A stretch of DNA of 64,000 nt from an uncultured Candidatus Saccharibacteria bacterium (GCA_964655995.1 CAZZPK010000001.1:15283-79282); one strand, 5' to 3'; positions 25,469 through 35,904 are shown, counted from the stretch's first letter. The notes: generated from the letters alone by a model not told the origin. Program-made: numbers and translations.

Positions 25469-26499
25469 AAAAAGTTTGTTGGTTTGGTTTTTATGATCCG
25501 CTCTATTCGCGCAATCGCGTACTGTTAACTGGTTTCCGCGAGCTTGGCTGGGAGGTAATAGAGTGCCGGGTGGATGTTAAGGCCGTTGGTCGGCTAGCCA
25601 AATATTGGCAGTTATTCTTAAATTATTGGCGACATTGCCGCGGGGTCCGCTTTGATTTGGTGGTTGTCGCTTTCCCCGGTCATATCGTCATGCCGGTTGC
25701 TTATTTGTTATTTGGTTCGCGGGTGGTTTTTGACGCTTTTGTTTCACTGTATAATTCCGAAATTGAGGACTGGCAAAAATACTCGCCAGGCGGCCTAATG
25801 GCTTTTTATTATTTCAGCTTGGATCGTTTGGCCTGTCGCTTAGCCTACCGCGTGCTAATCGATACCGAGGCTCATATCGAATATTTTGTAAAAACTTTTA
25901 ATTTGCCATCGGCTAAATTTATTCGCGTGTTTGTGGGCACGACACCAGATATTTTTTACCCCATTAAGACTAAAGTGGGAGCCAAGTTTATCGTTCATTT
26001 TCATGGCAGTAATATCCCATTACAAGGAGTACTGGTTATTATAGAGGCAGCCAGGCAATTGGTTTTTACCGAACCGGAGATTCACTTTCGTTTAATTGGT
26101 CCCTTTAGTAATTTGCCGGTACCTAATAATGTCGAGTTAATGCCACCGGTCAGTCTTGCTCGCTTAAATGAGTTGTTAAATGAGGCTGATGTAGTGCTTG
26201 GTATTTTTGGCGCTACTAAAAAAGCCCAATTAGTTATCCCTAATAAAGTCTATGAGGGATTAGCGGCGGCCAAGCTGGTCATAACCGGAGACACCAGAGC
26301 CTTGCGGGAGTTGGCGGTGCCCGGGCAGGATCTCATTTTTTGCCGGCTCAATGACTCAGTAGCTTTAGCTCAAACTATTGTTTTACTGAAAAATAGTCCC
26401 AATCAGCCAGTTGCCCAAAATGGTTACAAATTATTTAAAGATAAATTGACGCCCAAAAAGTTGGTTGAGCAACTTATAGTTGATTTAAAATTTAATTAA
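25459..26499 (+). CDS. Glycosyltransferase (GT-B, GT1-like C-terminal domain)
   Basis: IPNKVYEGLAAAKLVITGD matches the E..A.G.P(V/L)I motif. Confidence 0.55.
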   Translation: MAVKKVCWFGFYDPLYSRNRVLLTGFRELGWEVIECRVDVKAVGRLAKYWQLFLNYWRHCRGVRFDLVVVAFPGHIVMPVAYLLFGSRVVFDAFVSLYNSEIEDWQKYSPGGLMAFYYFSLDRLACRLAYRVLIDTEAHIEYFVKTFNLPSAKFIRVFVGTTPDIFYPIKTKVGAKFIVHFHGSNIPLQGVLVIIEAARQLVFTEPEIHFRLIGPFSNLPVPNNVELMPPVSLARLNELLNEADVVLGIFGATKKAQLVIPNKVYEGLAAAKLVITGDTRALRELAVPGQDLIFCRLNDSVALAQTIVLLKNSPNQPVAQNGYKLFKDKLTPKKLVEQLIVDLKFN

Positions 26500-26510
26500 C
26501 CAATCTCATT

Positions 26511-27287
26511 ATGAATAATAAAAAATATAAATTGATTGCTATTTTAAGAGCAAAAGATGAGATTGATAATATTGATCAGTGTCTTGGTAAATTGTCTGAG
26601 TTGGTTGATGGTATTGTTATGTTAGATAATGGTTCAACTGATGGTACTCTAGAACGTTATAAAAAATATCCTAAAATATTGACCCTATTAAAAACAGAGG
26701 GATATCATGAGGGGCGCGATAAACTGATGTTACTTAATAAGGCCAGAGAGTATGAACCGGAGTGGATCTTGTGGATTGACGCCGACGAAGTGTTTGAGAA
26801 TAATTTAACTCGGACAGTGTTGGACAGTTATATGAGATCTGGGTATAACCGGATCACTTTTCGCTTGTGTCACTTTTGGCTTGATCGATCACATTGTCGT
26901 TTTGATGGCCCCTATTGGTTGTATAGTCTTCATCCTCAACGGAGTATGTGGCGCAATATTCCCGAAGCAACCTTTAAAAATGTTAAATTGCATAATGGTG
27001 ATATCCAAAATATACCCAAACGATACTACCTCTCGCCTTATCGACTAAAACACTATGGTTATAGCGATCGGTCAAAAATGGTTAAAAAATACCAAAAATA
27101 TATCGAGGAAGATAAAACCGGCCAAAGAGACTATTCACATCTTGACCCCAGTCGCCCATTTTGGTCTTATTCTTTTAGGGAGTTTAAATCACCGACAGTT
27201 AATCGTTTTTATATTTATGTTTTAAAATATATTTACGACTTGTTTTGGTTGTTTGAGAGATTGCGTCTTAAATTAATAAAATTTTAA
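26511..27287 (+). CDS. GT2-like glycosyltransferase (AT-rich gene)
   Basis: IAILRAKDE, DNGSTDGT and WIDADE (DxD) motifs. Confidence 0.5.
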   Translation: MNNKKYKLIAILRAKDEIDNIDQCLGKLSELVDGIVMLDNGSTDGTLERYKKYPKILTLLKTEGYHEGRDKLMLLNKAREYEPEWILWIDADEVFENNLTRTVLDSYMRSGYNRITFRLCHFWLDRSHCRFDGPYWLYSLHPQRSMWRNIPEATFKNVKLHNGDIQNIPKRYYLSPYRLKHYGYSDRSKMVKKYQKYIEEDKTGQRDYSHLDPSRPFWSYSFREFKSPTVNRFYIYVLKYIYDLFWLFERLRLKLIKF

Positions 27288-27290
27288 ATT

Positions 27291-28199
27291 ATGAATCGGC
27301 CAACATGTTTAGTTTGCGGTAAAAAATCAACATTTCTGATGTTTAAAGAGGAGTACCCCCTTTATAAATGTTATGGGTGTGATTTGGTTTTTTTATTTCC
27401 ACAACCAACAACAGATTTTTTAACACAGAAAGTTTACTCGCTGGAGTCTGGTTATCAAGCTAATAAACCACTTAACTTAGCGACTGTTCAGCCCACAACT
27501 AAACAAAAACAAATTTTGGATTTTTTAAAAACCAAACCCCGGGGCATAGTTTTGGATATTGGCTGTTCAAACGGACAGATGATGTTTTGGTTAAAACAAC
27601 TAGGCTTTCAAGTTAAGGGAGTGGAGCTCAACCAACGTACTGCGGGTATTGCCAGACTAAATGGCTTAGAGGTGTTTGGCGGAATGGTCAATGATTCTCC
27701 TTATGGTCCTGCCAGTTTTGATTATATTTTATTGGGAGACATTATTGAACACGTGACCGATCCACGAGGATTTTTAATTAAATGCCACGAGTTGTTGGCA
27801 CCCGGGGGAATGATTTTAATTTTGACTCCAAATTTAGATTGTTGGTGGTCACAATCGACTTTTAAATTATGGCAGTGGTTTGGGATACCGTGGTCAAGTG
27901 TTACTCCTCCACACCATCTATTTCAGTTTTCTACAGGTAATTTAACCAGATTATTGCAAGAAACAAATTTTACAATTGAGCTCTTGTGGTATACCAAACC
28001 ACCAACACTTAAATACGAATTGGGTTCATTGCACTTAATTAGACAATATAAAAAAAATAAAAATATAAAAAATATTTTTTTGCTTATTGGTGGCTTTTCT
28101 TTTTATATTGTTTTGTATAATCTTAATAATCTAGCTGACCCTTGGCTTAAACGAAATAATGGCCTGGTTGTATCGGCTATTAAAAACCACAATGCTTAA
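27291..28199 (+). CDS. Class I SAM-dependent methyltransferase with N-terminal Cys4 zinc ribbon
   Basis: CLVCGKK...CYGCDLVF zinc ribbon. Motif I VLDIGCSNGQMMFWLKQLGFQVKGVE. Paralogous to 31016..31906 and 43605..44528. Confidence 0.7.
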   Translation: MNRPTCLVCGKKSTFLMFKEEYPLYKCYGCDLVFLFPQPTTDFLTQKVYSLESGYQANKPLNLATVQPTTKQKQILDFLKTKPRGIVLDIGCSNGQMMFWLKQLGFQVKGVELNQRTAGIARLNGLEVFGGMVNDSPYGPASFDYILLGDIIEHVTDPRGFLIKCHELLAPGGMILILTPNLDCWWSQSTFKLWQWFGIPWSSVTPPHHLFQFSTGNLTRLLQETNFTIELLWYTKPPTLKYELGSLHLIRQYKKNKNIKNIFLLIGGFSFYIVLYNLNNLADPWLKRNNGLVVSAIKNHNA

Positions 28200-29208
28200 A
28201 GTCTATGCCGGGACACCAATTGCTAACTTACCTTATTTAGAGCTTCTGTGGCCTAATTGGGGTGCTAGGCCGACTGGGCGCTGGTCGGATCAGGCTTTTA
28301 AATATTTAACCAATCCTGTGGTGGAAGTTGTGACAGATCCGTTGATGGCTGATTATTTACTATTGCCTCATAATTGGAATTTGGTTAAAAACAATAAACA
28401 ATATTTAGTTCAATGGCAGGAGTTGATTAATAAATACAAAAAAACACTAATTATTTTTAACCCCGGCGATAATAATGAATCGATCGGTCTTAGTTCGACA
28501 ATAGTTTTTCGGCATTCGCAATATCGCTCCCGATTACTACCTAATGAGATTATTATGCCCGGATATGTTGAGGATTTAGGAGTGAGTGGGATTATTGCTA
28601 AACCTAAAAAATTAAAGCCGGTGATTGGTTTTTGTGGTTGGGCCAAGCCAGCTTCGTGGCGGGCCGGTTTAAAAATGACAATAAAAACGTGGCTCACTTA
28701 CCCTGTTTATCGCCGGCAAGGGTTATGGTGGAGAGGACGAATTATTCCAAAACTGAAGCAATCCAATTTAGTCGATGTCAATTTTATTATTCGAAGGAGT
28801 TATTCCGGTAATGAAAAAACGATCGAGCTTAACCCAATTAAAGCTCGCGCGGAGTATCTAAATAATATTATTAACTCCGATTTTACTTTATGTGTTCGAG
28901 GCGACGGTAATTTCTCCACTAGGTTTTATGAAGTGTTAAGTTTGGGGCGTCTGCCATTGTTTATTGATACTGATTGCGCCTTACCCCTCGAAGGTAAAAT
29001 AGATTACTCTGAGATTATGGTAAAAGTTGATTATTGTGATTTTAACAGAGTGGACCAAATAGCAAGTGCGGCTTATCAAAACTGGGACGAAGCCGAATTT
29101 GAGTCAAGACAGAAAAAGGCGCGGGAGGTGTTTGAGCGACACTTACGGATGGATCGATTTTTGGCGGCGGTGTTGTCTGATCGCTATTTAGCTGAATATA
29201 AATTATGA
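28159..29208 (+). CDS. Exostosin (GT47)-like glycosyltransferase (start possibly at ATG 28192)
   Basis: FTLCVRGDGNFSTRFYEVLSLGRLPLFIDTDCALPLEGKIDYSEIMVKV matches the exostosin-family C-terminal core. Confidence 0.5.
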   Translation: MAWLYRLLKTTMLKVYAGTPIANLPYLELLWPNWGARPTGRWSDQAFKYLTNPVVEVVTDPLMADYLLLPHNWNLVKNNKQYLVQWQELINKYKKTLIIFNPGDNNESIGLSSTIVFRHSQYRSRLLPNEIIMPGYVEDLGVSGIIAKPKKLKPVIGFCGWAKPASWRAGLKMTIKTWLTYPVYRRQGLWWRGRIIPKLKQSNLVDVNFIIRRSYSGNEKTIELNPIKARAEYLNNIINSDFTLCVRGDGNFSTRFYEVLSLGRLPLFIDTDCALPLEGKIDYSEIMVKVDYCDFNRVDQIASAAYQNWDEAEFESRQKKAREVFERHLRMDRFLAAVLSDRYLAEYKL

Positions 29209-30341
29209 AAATCCTAGTGATTACTAGTAATCGCCTGCCGACTGAAAAAGCTTATGGTTGGCAAATAGTCAAAACCTGTGAAGCGTTGGTGGTTAATGGT
29301 GTCAAAGTAACCCTAATGACTCCTAAGGTTAGACGTTATTGGTCAATGGAGGATTTAGCCAAATATTATCGATTACAACTGAATTTTAATCATATTGCTT
29401 TGCCGACCCCTTATTTGCTCAACTGGGGAGCCATCGGTTTTTCTTTCCGGTCTTTGTGGCTGGGTCTGGGGTCTGTTTGGTGGATGCGCCGCCAACAAAT
29501 AGACTACGTTTATTCTAGAGAAATAATACCCTTAATTATCTGTAGTTTGTTTGGTTACAAAACCGTATGGGAGATCCATGACGTTCGCCACCATCTCATT
29601 ACTCTTCTAGGCCTCAAATTTGTTACTGGATTGGTGGTGATTACGACCGGACTTAAAAAAGTTTATATTGAAGAATTTGGTTACGATCGAGAAATATTGG
29701 TTGCGCCTGACGGTGTTGATGTTGACGCCTTTGATCTCGGCTGGTCCCAAGTGGAATCTCGTATCAAACTTGGCCTGCCGTCTGATAAGTCGATTATTCT
29801 TTATACCGGCCACTTGTATCCTTGGAAAGGGGTAGATACTTTGGCGGCGGCGGCCAAAGATTTAACTGATAATGAGTTGATTGTTTTGGTCGGCGGAACA
29901 AAAACCGACCTCGAACATTTCAGATCTAAATGGCTAAATAATCCTCGTCTATTAATTTTAAATCATCAACTTCGAGAAAAAATCCCAGTCTATCTTCAGG
30001 CGGCCGATGTATTGGTTTTGCCTAATTCGGGGAGGGATGATATCTCCAGATATTATACCTCTCCACTCAAGTTGTTTGAGTATATGGCTAGTGGCCGGCC
30101 AATTATCGCTTCGGATCTGCCGTCGATTAGAGAGGTGTTGTCCGACGACAGTGCTTTTTTGGTTCCCGCCGATGATCCTCGGGCCTTGGCTGGGGCTATT
30201 AGTCAAGTTTTGAGCAATAAAGAAGTGGCTCAGGCTAAAGCCGCTAAAGCACGGCAGTTAGTAGATAATTACACTTGGGTCAAACGGGCCGAGAAAATAA
30301 TAAACTTTTTTGCTATACTGGCAAAGCAAAAATATGACTGA
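29205..30341 (+). CDS. Glycosyltransferase family 4
   Basis: YTGHLYPWKGVD...LVLPNSGRDDISRYYTSPLKLFEYMASGRPIIASDLPSIREV. Confidence 0.8.
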   Translation: MKILVITSNRLPTEKAYGWQIVKTCEALVVNGVKVTLMTPKVRRYWSMEDLAKYYRLQLNFNHIALPTPYLLNWGAIGFSFRSLWLGLGSVWWMRRQQIDYVYSREIIPLIICSLFGYKTVWEIHDVRHHLITLLGLKFVTGLVVITTGLKKVYIEEFGYDREILVAPDGVDVDAFDLGWSQVESRIKLGLPSDKSIILYTGHLYPWKGVDTLAAAAKDLTDNELIVLVGGTKTDLEHFRSKWLNNPRLLILNHQLREKIPVYLQAADVLVLPNSGRDDISRYYTSPLKLFEYMASGRPIIASDLPSIREVLSDDSAFLVPADDPRALAGAISQVLSNKEVAQAKAAKARQLVDNYTWVKRAEKIINFFAILAKQKYD

Positions 30342-31043
30342 TCGACTAATTATTGTATTACCGACATATAACGAGGCGGCTAATATTAAGGTTATTTTAC
30401 AAAACATCTATCAGGAGATGCCTCAAGTCTCGGTGCTGGTAGTGGACGATAACTCCCCAGACGGCACGGGAGCCATCGTCCAGTCACTACGAGCTACTTA
30501 CCCGACACTGGAACTTTACTTTCGGGTTAAAAAAGAGGGTTTGGGTAAGGCCTACTTGATGCCTTTAAGTTAGTTTTAGCTAAAGAGCAATTTGATTGGG
30601 TGGTAATGATGGACGCTGATGGCTAGCATGACCCAAAGTATTTAAAACAAATGGCCGAGCAGGCCGATCGTTTTGATTGTTTAATTGGTTCTCGTTATGT
30701 TTTAAATGGTCGGACGGTGGGTTGGGAGTTATGGCGGAGAATTTTGTCCCGGTTTGGTAATTGGTATTGTCGAGTGATTACTAGGATGCCGATCAATGAC
30801 TGTACTGGGGGGTTTAATATGATGAGGGTTACCACTATGAAGAAGTTAGATTTTAACACCATAGACCTTTCCGGATATGCTTTTATTATGGAGTTAAAAT
30901 ATTCCTTGTTTAAGGCTGGGGCCAGATTTAAAGAGATCCCGATTATTTTTAATAATCGTCGGGGTGGGGAGTCTAAAATTTCCAATCACATTATTGGCGA
31001 AGGCATATTGGCACCATGGAAAATGATTTGGCGGAAAAGATAA
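30310..31043 (+). pseudogene. Dolichyl-phosphate-mannose-synthase-like GT2 glycosyltransferase, disrupted by a 1-nt deletion (~30555) and an in-frame TAG (30622-30624)
   Basis: The N-terminal piece LIIVLPTYNEAANI...VVDDNSPDGT stops after GLGKAYLMPLS. In the adjacent frame the sequence continues AFKLVLAKEQFDWVVMMDADG-TAG-HDPKYLKQ...GSRY.., so TAG replaces the invariant Gln of the DADGQHDP motif and ttggat has become ttgat. The rest of the frame is intact. Confidence 0.7.
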
Positions 31044-31906
31044 TACCGGCCTGTATTGTTTGTGACTCAAATCAAGTCGACTATTTTTGCGACAAAAACA
31101 ATTGTCGATTGTACCGTTGCTCTTTGTGCAGATTAGTTTTTGTTAACCCGTTACCAGGAGAAACGGCTTCTATTTATTCCAAGGATTATTTTGCCGGCGC
31201 CCAAAAAGGTTTTGGTTATGTTGACTACGATACTGATAAACAAGCGATGGAGCCATTGTTTATTGACTACCTTAAGCAATTAGAGTTTTTGCTGTCCGGG
31301 AATAAGGGATCAATTTTAGATATTGGCGCCGCAACGGGTTATTTTCTTGATCTGGCGCGTCGACTCGGTTGGGAAACATTCGGAATCGAGATTAGTGATT
31401 ATGCCGCTGAGGTGGCTCGCCAACGTGGATTAGTAGTCAAAACGGGGGTTATTGGAGAGCCACTTTTCCCCAATAATTCTTTTGAGGTTGTAACTATGTG
31501 GGATGTTTTGGAGCATGTACGTAATCCTCGACTTGATTTGACTCGAGCTTATGAATTATTGCGTCCCGGGGGTGTGTTGGTGATTAATACTCCAAACAGC
31601 GGTAGCCTTTTTGCTCGTTTATTGGGCCGAAGCTGGCACCTATTGGTGCCGCCGGAGCATCTCCATTACTTTACGCCCAAGTCGCTTACATTATTGTTAG
31701 AACAAATCGGTTTTAAAGTAATTAAGGTGTCCTCGCGCGGAAAAATTTTTACTCTAGAGTATATTTTTCATACTCTGGCTCGCTGGCAAGGACTAGTTTT
31801 GTGGCATAAAATTTTAACTTGGTTTAGGCGTCACCCCAAGATTGGTCGTCTGGGTCTGCCACTTAACTTACGAGATAATATGTTGGTTTATGCTCGCAAG
31901 TCTTAA
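31016..31906 (+). CDS. Class I SAM-dependent methyltransferase with N-terminal zinc ribbon
   Basis: CIVCDSN...CSLCRLVF zinc ribbon. ILDIGAATGYFLDLARRLGWETFGIE. DVLEHV motif. Confidence 0.7.
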   Translation: MENDLAEKIIPACIVCDSNQVDYFCDKNNCRLYRCSLCRLVFVNPLPGETASIYSKDYFAGAQKGFGYVDYDTDKQAMEPLFIDYLKQLEFLLSGNKGSILDIGAATGYFLDLARRLGWETFGIEISDYAAEVARQRGLVVKTGVIGEPLFPNNSFEVVTMWDVLEHVRNPRLDLTRAYELLRPGGVLVINTPNSGSLFARLLGRSWHLLVPPEHLHYFTPKSLTLLLEQIGFKVIKVSSRGKIFTLEYIFHTLARWQGLVLWHKILTWFRRHPKIGRLGLPLNLRDNMLVYARKS

Positions 31907-33488
31907 ATCGTCGCTGGGCAGCCTTTCTGTCTCAGAGAGAATCATCCTGGCGCTACTAGTCGCCACCTTTTTCCTGGGACTGGATTTCGGATTTCCTCTA
32001 ACTGTTACTACTAACGATGAGATGTACTTTGTAGGTGGGGTATTCAGAGCTTTGGCTGAGCGCACGGTTTTGCCTCAGGGATTGGATGTCCCTTACGGCA
32101 CTGTCAATTATTTGTTTAGTTATATCCTGATCGGAATCAGTCTAATTGTTCTGATGCCGTGGTCCGGGTTTAATTTTACTGCTCTGGAGGCCTGGGTGTT
32201 TGACCATCATTATTTGTTTTATTTAGCACCGAGACTGATTAGTGCCTTATCGCTTGTGATAATACTGTTTATATTTTATCCATTGGTGCAAATAAAAATC
32301 AGATTGGTATCGGTGAGATTGGCATTAACTGTTTTGCTTTTTGCTAATCTGCTGGTCGCCACCATTTTTCACACCGGTAAAGTTTGGCCTTTGACGACGG
32401 CTCTCCTGGTGGCGTCTTTTTTCTGTCTATATCGGGTATTGGTCGGTGAGCGCCGTTTTGTTTTTGGGGCAGTTGTCGCCGCTTTTCTGGCTTTCGCCAA
32501 TTTCCCGTTAGCGGGTATCGGTTTGATAGCAATTCCATTACTGGTTTTTTACTATCGCCATAATCAATGGCCGATTAAGGAACTGATCGGGTCTACGGCA
32601 ATAGGCGCTTTGGTAGCAATTTTGCTGTTCTCTCTTAATTATCAGGGGATTTATGCGCAAGTCTTTTCCATCATCAATGATTATACTTTGTCGCCCGTTG
32701 CTCAAGCGCATAATGTTTCAATTACAGAATCAGTGATTTTATTTTTGCTCAAATTAGGGATGTTGTTTGCTCCATTGTTGGTGGCCTTAGTGGCGGTAGC
32801 CGGAAACATCATTGATCGCAAGTTGTTTTGGCTATCATTGGCTTACCTTATTATTTATTTGAGTGCCATTAGTGTGACGGCCCGCTGGGCTTACGATCTG
32901 GGGTCATATTTCCGCTACTTGTTGCCGGCGGGTTTTTGGCTTACTTTTATGATACTTAGTTTTGATTTAAATAACTTAAATACTTGGCGTCGTTTAATTG
33001 TCGGTTTGTCGGCAGGGGTGACTTTAATTTATTTTGGTTTTGCGGTTTATTATTTACTCATACCATCAACACTTAATAAGGCTAGAGACTGGACAATGGA
33101 CAACCTAAATAATCCAAGAGTGGCGATTATTAATGACGCCGGTCCGCTTTATGAGCCGCCGCTTAATCAAGCCAGCGCTCGCGCATTGATCGATTATTCT
33201 TGCGGCTCACGGTGCCGTTTGTTTAGAGAGGGGGAATTGACCAGCTCTTTTAAGCCTTTGGTCCTCGATAGCCGAGTTTCCACTCGGCTGCCGGAGGGAT
33301 TTGCCTCGGTCTATCGAGTGGCCACCGAGGAATTAGCAGATGACAATTGGGAATTGATTTACCAGATAACCAACCCGTCTTATCGGGGACGAGCTCAAAC
33401 AATCGATTCCTTCGGGGATTATTTCAATTTGAACTTTTTTAAGTTAAAAAATTGGGGGGATAATTTTTATATTTACCAGCAAAAATAA
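31890..33488 (+). CDS. Polytopic membrane protein, GT-C-like (ArnT/PMT-type glycosyltransferase?)
   Basis: At least 11 predicted TM helices, a large extracytoplasmic C-terminal domain, and its location in the glycan island. Confidence 0.45.
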   Translation: MLASLKSSLGSLSVSERIILALLVATFFLGLDFGFPLTVTTNDEMYFVGGVFRALAERTVLPQGLDVPYGTVNYLFSYILIGISLIVLMPWSGFNFTALEAWVFDHHYLFYLAPRLISALSLVIILFIFYPLVQIKIRLVSVRLALTVLLFANLLVATIFHTGKVWPLTTALLVASFFCLYRVLVGERRFVFGAVVAAFLAFANFPLAGIGLIAIPLLVFYYRHNQWPIKELIGSTAIGALVAILLFSLNYQGIYAQVFSIINDYTLSPVAQAHNVSITESVILFLLKLGMLFAPLLVALVAVAGNIIDRKLFWLSLAYLIIYLSAISVTARWAYDLGSYFRYLLPAGFWLTFMILSFDLNNLNTWRRLIVGLSAGVTLIYFGFAVYYLLIPSTLNKARDWTMDNLNNPRVAIINDAGPLYEPPLNQASARALIDYSCGSRCRLFREGELTSSFKPLVLDSRVSTRLPEGFASVYRVATEELADDNWELIYQITNPSYRGRAQTIDSFGDYFNLNFFKLKNWGDNFYIYQQK

Positions 33489-33490
33489 TT

Positions 33491-34915
33491 ATGAGTTTGT
33501 CATTGAGAGTAAATTTATTATTCGTCGGATTAATTTTTTTATTAATCGGCAGTTTAACTTTTTTTAAGTTGTCTGAGAGTCCGCGGACTTGGATGGACGA
33601 GGGCATTTTGCTCCAAGTGGCTAAAAATACGGCTGAGCAGGGGAGATTTATGATTCAAGCCGGCCCTGGCGAATTGGTTTCGGCGGGCTTTGTTTCAACG
33701 GGTTGTTCAGTATTGTGTCCGATTGCCGCTGTTTTTAAGATTTTCGGAGTATCGTTAATTACTGCCCGACTGGCAATGGCCGGGTTTATTTTAGCTTTGT
33801 TTGCTGTGACTTATTTGCTTTGGCGCGATTTTATCAAGCCACGGTATGTATTGTTAGCTTTATTGCTATTGGCTACTTTTGCGCCGATTTACGGACACGG
33901 GCGCAATGTTTTAGGAGAAATCCCAGGTCTATTTTATTTGGCCAGTGCTGCCTACTTTTTGTATTTAATCGATTCTGACCGTAGAAGATTTAAATATTAT
34001 TTTATCTGGTTTTGTTTAGTTTCCGGGTTGGCTATTATTACCAAACCAATTTTTCTTTTGTTGTTGCCCGGGCTGGTTTTGGTGCTCGGTTTGTTATTTA
34101 GGCGCGGAGAGTTGACGCTTAAATTAAGTGCGACGGGATTGGTGGTTTTTATTTTGCCGATACTGTTATGGTACTGGACCCAGTTTTCCGGCGACTCGTT
34201 ATCATCGGTGTTCAATTTATACGCCAATCCTCATCTGGTTGATACCAAGACGGCTATTTGGACCAATTTGAAATCATTTTTAACGGCGGGGCAGCCATTT
34301 TATATGCTGATACTTTGGCTTACCTGGTCTGGAGCGCTATTGATACGTTGGCGTCGCCGACAAAAATTATCTTTAGCCGAAGGCTGGCTCTGGATTTTTA
34401 CCAGTTTGGTTTTGCTGGCTTACCTGCGAATGCCCGGTTATTACCGCTATTTTTTCCTAGGCCAGTTCTGGGCTTTGGTTTATTTTGTCCCCTCTGTTGA
34501 GACATTGATCGGTGGTACCAAATTTAAAGTTGGTGTCGTTGTTTTGCTGGTCATGCTGATTGTTTTTCAGTCGTATCAGACTGTCACTAAATCTTGGTTG
34601 GTTGGTTATTTAAATTCTACCACCACCTCTGATTTAGAATACTTAATTCCGATTTTGACCACTGGCCGTTCGGTATTGTTGTATCAAACGCCGGAATTGG
34701 CCACCTTTTTGCCGCACAATAATTATTGGCAGTATTTAAAAGTGACACCGTCGGTGGTAATTGGTGCCGATAATCTTAGGCTGATCGACGATAGGCTGCC
34801 TGACTTGATCTTTACCCCCAACGATAGCTTAAATGATGATCTGAAATTGTCGGAAAATTACAAATTGATTAAAACCATTGACCGCTTTGTGGTTTGGGGT
34901 AAGTTGGATCAATAG
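33491..34915 (+). CDS. Polytopic membrane protein, GT-C-like (glycosyltransferase family 39-like)
   Basis: About 11 TM helices. MDEGILLQVAKN... N-terminal loop with a conserved acidic residue as in ArnT/PMT. Confidence 0.45.
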   Translation: MSLSLRVNLLFVGLIFLLIGSLTFFKLSESPRTWMDEGILLQVAKNTAEQGRFMIQAGPGELVSAGFVSTGCSVLCPIAAVFKIFGVSLITARLAMAGFILALFAVTYLLWRDFIKPRYVLLALLLLATFAPIYGHGRNVLGEIPGLFYLASAAYFLYLIDSDRRRFKYYFIWFCLVSGLAIITKPIFLLLLPGLVLVLGLLFRRGELTLKLSATGLVVFILPILLWYWTQFSGDSLSSVFNLYANPHLVDTKTAIWTNLKSFLTAGQPFYMLILWLTWSGALLIRWRRRQKLSLAEGWLWIFTSLVLLAYLRMPGYYRYFFLGQFWALVYFVPSVETLIGGTKFKVGVVVLLVMLIVFQSYQTVTKSWLVGYLNSTTTSDLEYLIPILTTGRSVLLYQTPELATFLPHNNYWQYLKVTPSVVIGADNLRLIDDRLPDLIFTPNDSLNDDLKLSENYKLIKTIDRFVVWGKLDQ

Positions 34916-34947
34916 TTGCCAAAAGATCGTAAAATCAGTAGACTGTT

Positions 34948-35901
34948 GTGATGAAGTTGTCTATCGTTTTGCCGGTTTATAATGAGTCGCCCAATGTCCC
35001 CCTAATCGCCCAGAAACTGCGATCGGTAGCCGATCAAGAACTGGCCTCGTTTGAAACGGAAATCATTTTCATTAATGACGGTTCAAAAGATGATAGTTGG
35101 GAGAAATTAAAATCAGAGGGGGCGACCGACCGGCGCTTAAAGTTAATTAATTTTAGAAAGAATTTTGGCCAAACGGCCGCTTTGGCGGCGGGGATTAAGG
35201 CCGCCAGCGGTGAAGTTATTGTTACTTTAGACAGCGATTTGGAGAATAATCCAGCTGACATTCCGCGGCTTATTAATAAACTTGATGAGGGTTATGACGT
35301 GGTTTCTGGTTGGCGCCGCGCGCGCTGGCAAAAAGAATTTGTGACTCGCCGATTGCCGTCGATGGTGGCTAATTACTTGATCTCTACTATTACCGGAGTA
35401 AAGCTCCATGACTATGGCTGTACTTTAAAGGCGTATCGTCGAGAAGTAATTGTGGATATGCCGCTGTATGGAGAGATGCATCGTTTTATCCCGGCCTACG
35501 CTTCTTGGTTTGGAGCCAGAGTCAGTGAGCTCGAGGTGTCTTATCAACCGCGCCAGTTTGGCAAAAGCAATTACGGTCTCTCGCGGGTTATCAGAGTTTT
35601 GCTAGATTTGCTGGTCTTCTCCTTTTTGTCTAAGTACTTGAGTCGACCGATTCATTTTTTCGGGGGGTTTGGCTTTTTGTCTCTGATCCTTGGTTTAATC
35701 GCGGGATTGATGGCCTTGGCATTAAAATTATTTGATCTGCGCGATTTTGTGGAAACACCTTTGCCGGTTTTCTCTGGAGTGTTGGTGATTGTGGGTGTCC
35801 AGTTGGTAATCATGGGTATTTTGGCCGAGATGATAATGCGCACTTATTATGAGTCGCAGGGGCGCACGACTTATTTGGTTAAAGAAAAAATAAATTTTTA
35901 A
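34948..35901 (+). CDS. Polyprenyl-phosphate glycosyltransferase (GT2; GtrB/ArnC-like)
   Basis: LSIVLPVYNE, FINDGSKDDS, VTLDSDLENNP, and two C-terminal TM helices. Confidence 0.8.
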   Translation: MMKLSIVLPVYNESPNVPLIAQKLRSVADQELASFETEIIFINDGSKDDSWEKLKSEGATDRRLKLINFRKNFGQTAALAAGIKAASGEVIVTLDSDLENNPADIPRLINKLDEGYDVVSGWRRARWQKEFVTRRLPSMVANYLISTITGVKLHDYGCTLKAYRREVIVDMPLYGEMHRFIPAYASWFGARVSELEVSYQPRQFGKSNYGLSRVIRVLLDLLVFSFLSKYLSRPIHFFGGFGFLSLILGLIAGLMALALKLFDLRDFVETPLPVFSGVLVIVGVQLVIMGILAEMIMRTYYESQGRTTYLVKEKINF

Positions 35902-35904
35902 TTC

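Noticed and set aside
30620-30625. Programmed TAG read-through or alternative genetic code (TAG=Gln) in the GT2 gene
   Set aside because: The same gene also carries a 1-nt deletion. TAG, TAA and TGA all serve as genuine stops of well-conserved genes in the window (for example 12858..13490 ends TAG, adk ends TGA). No other in-frame TAG occurs in conserved genes.
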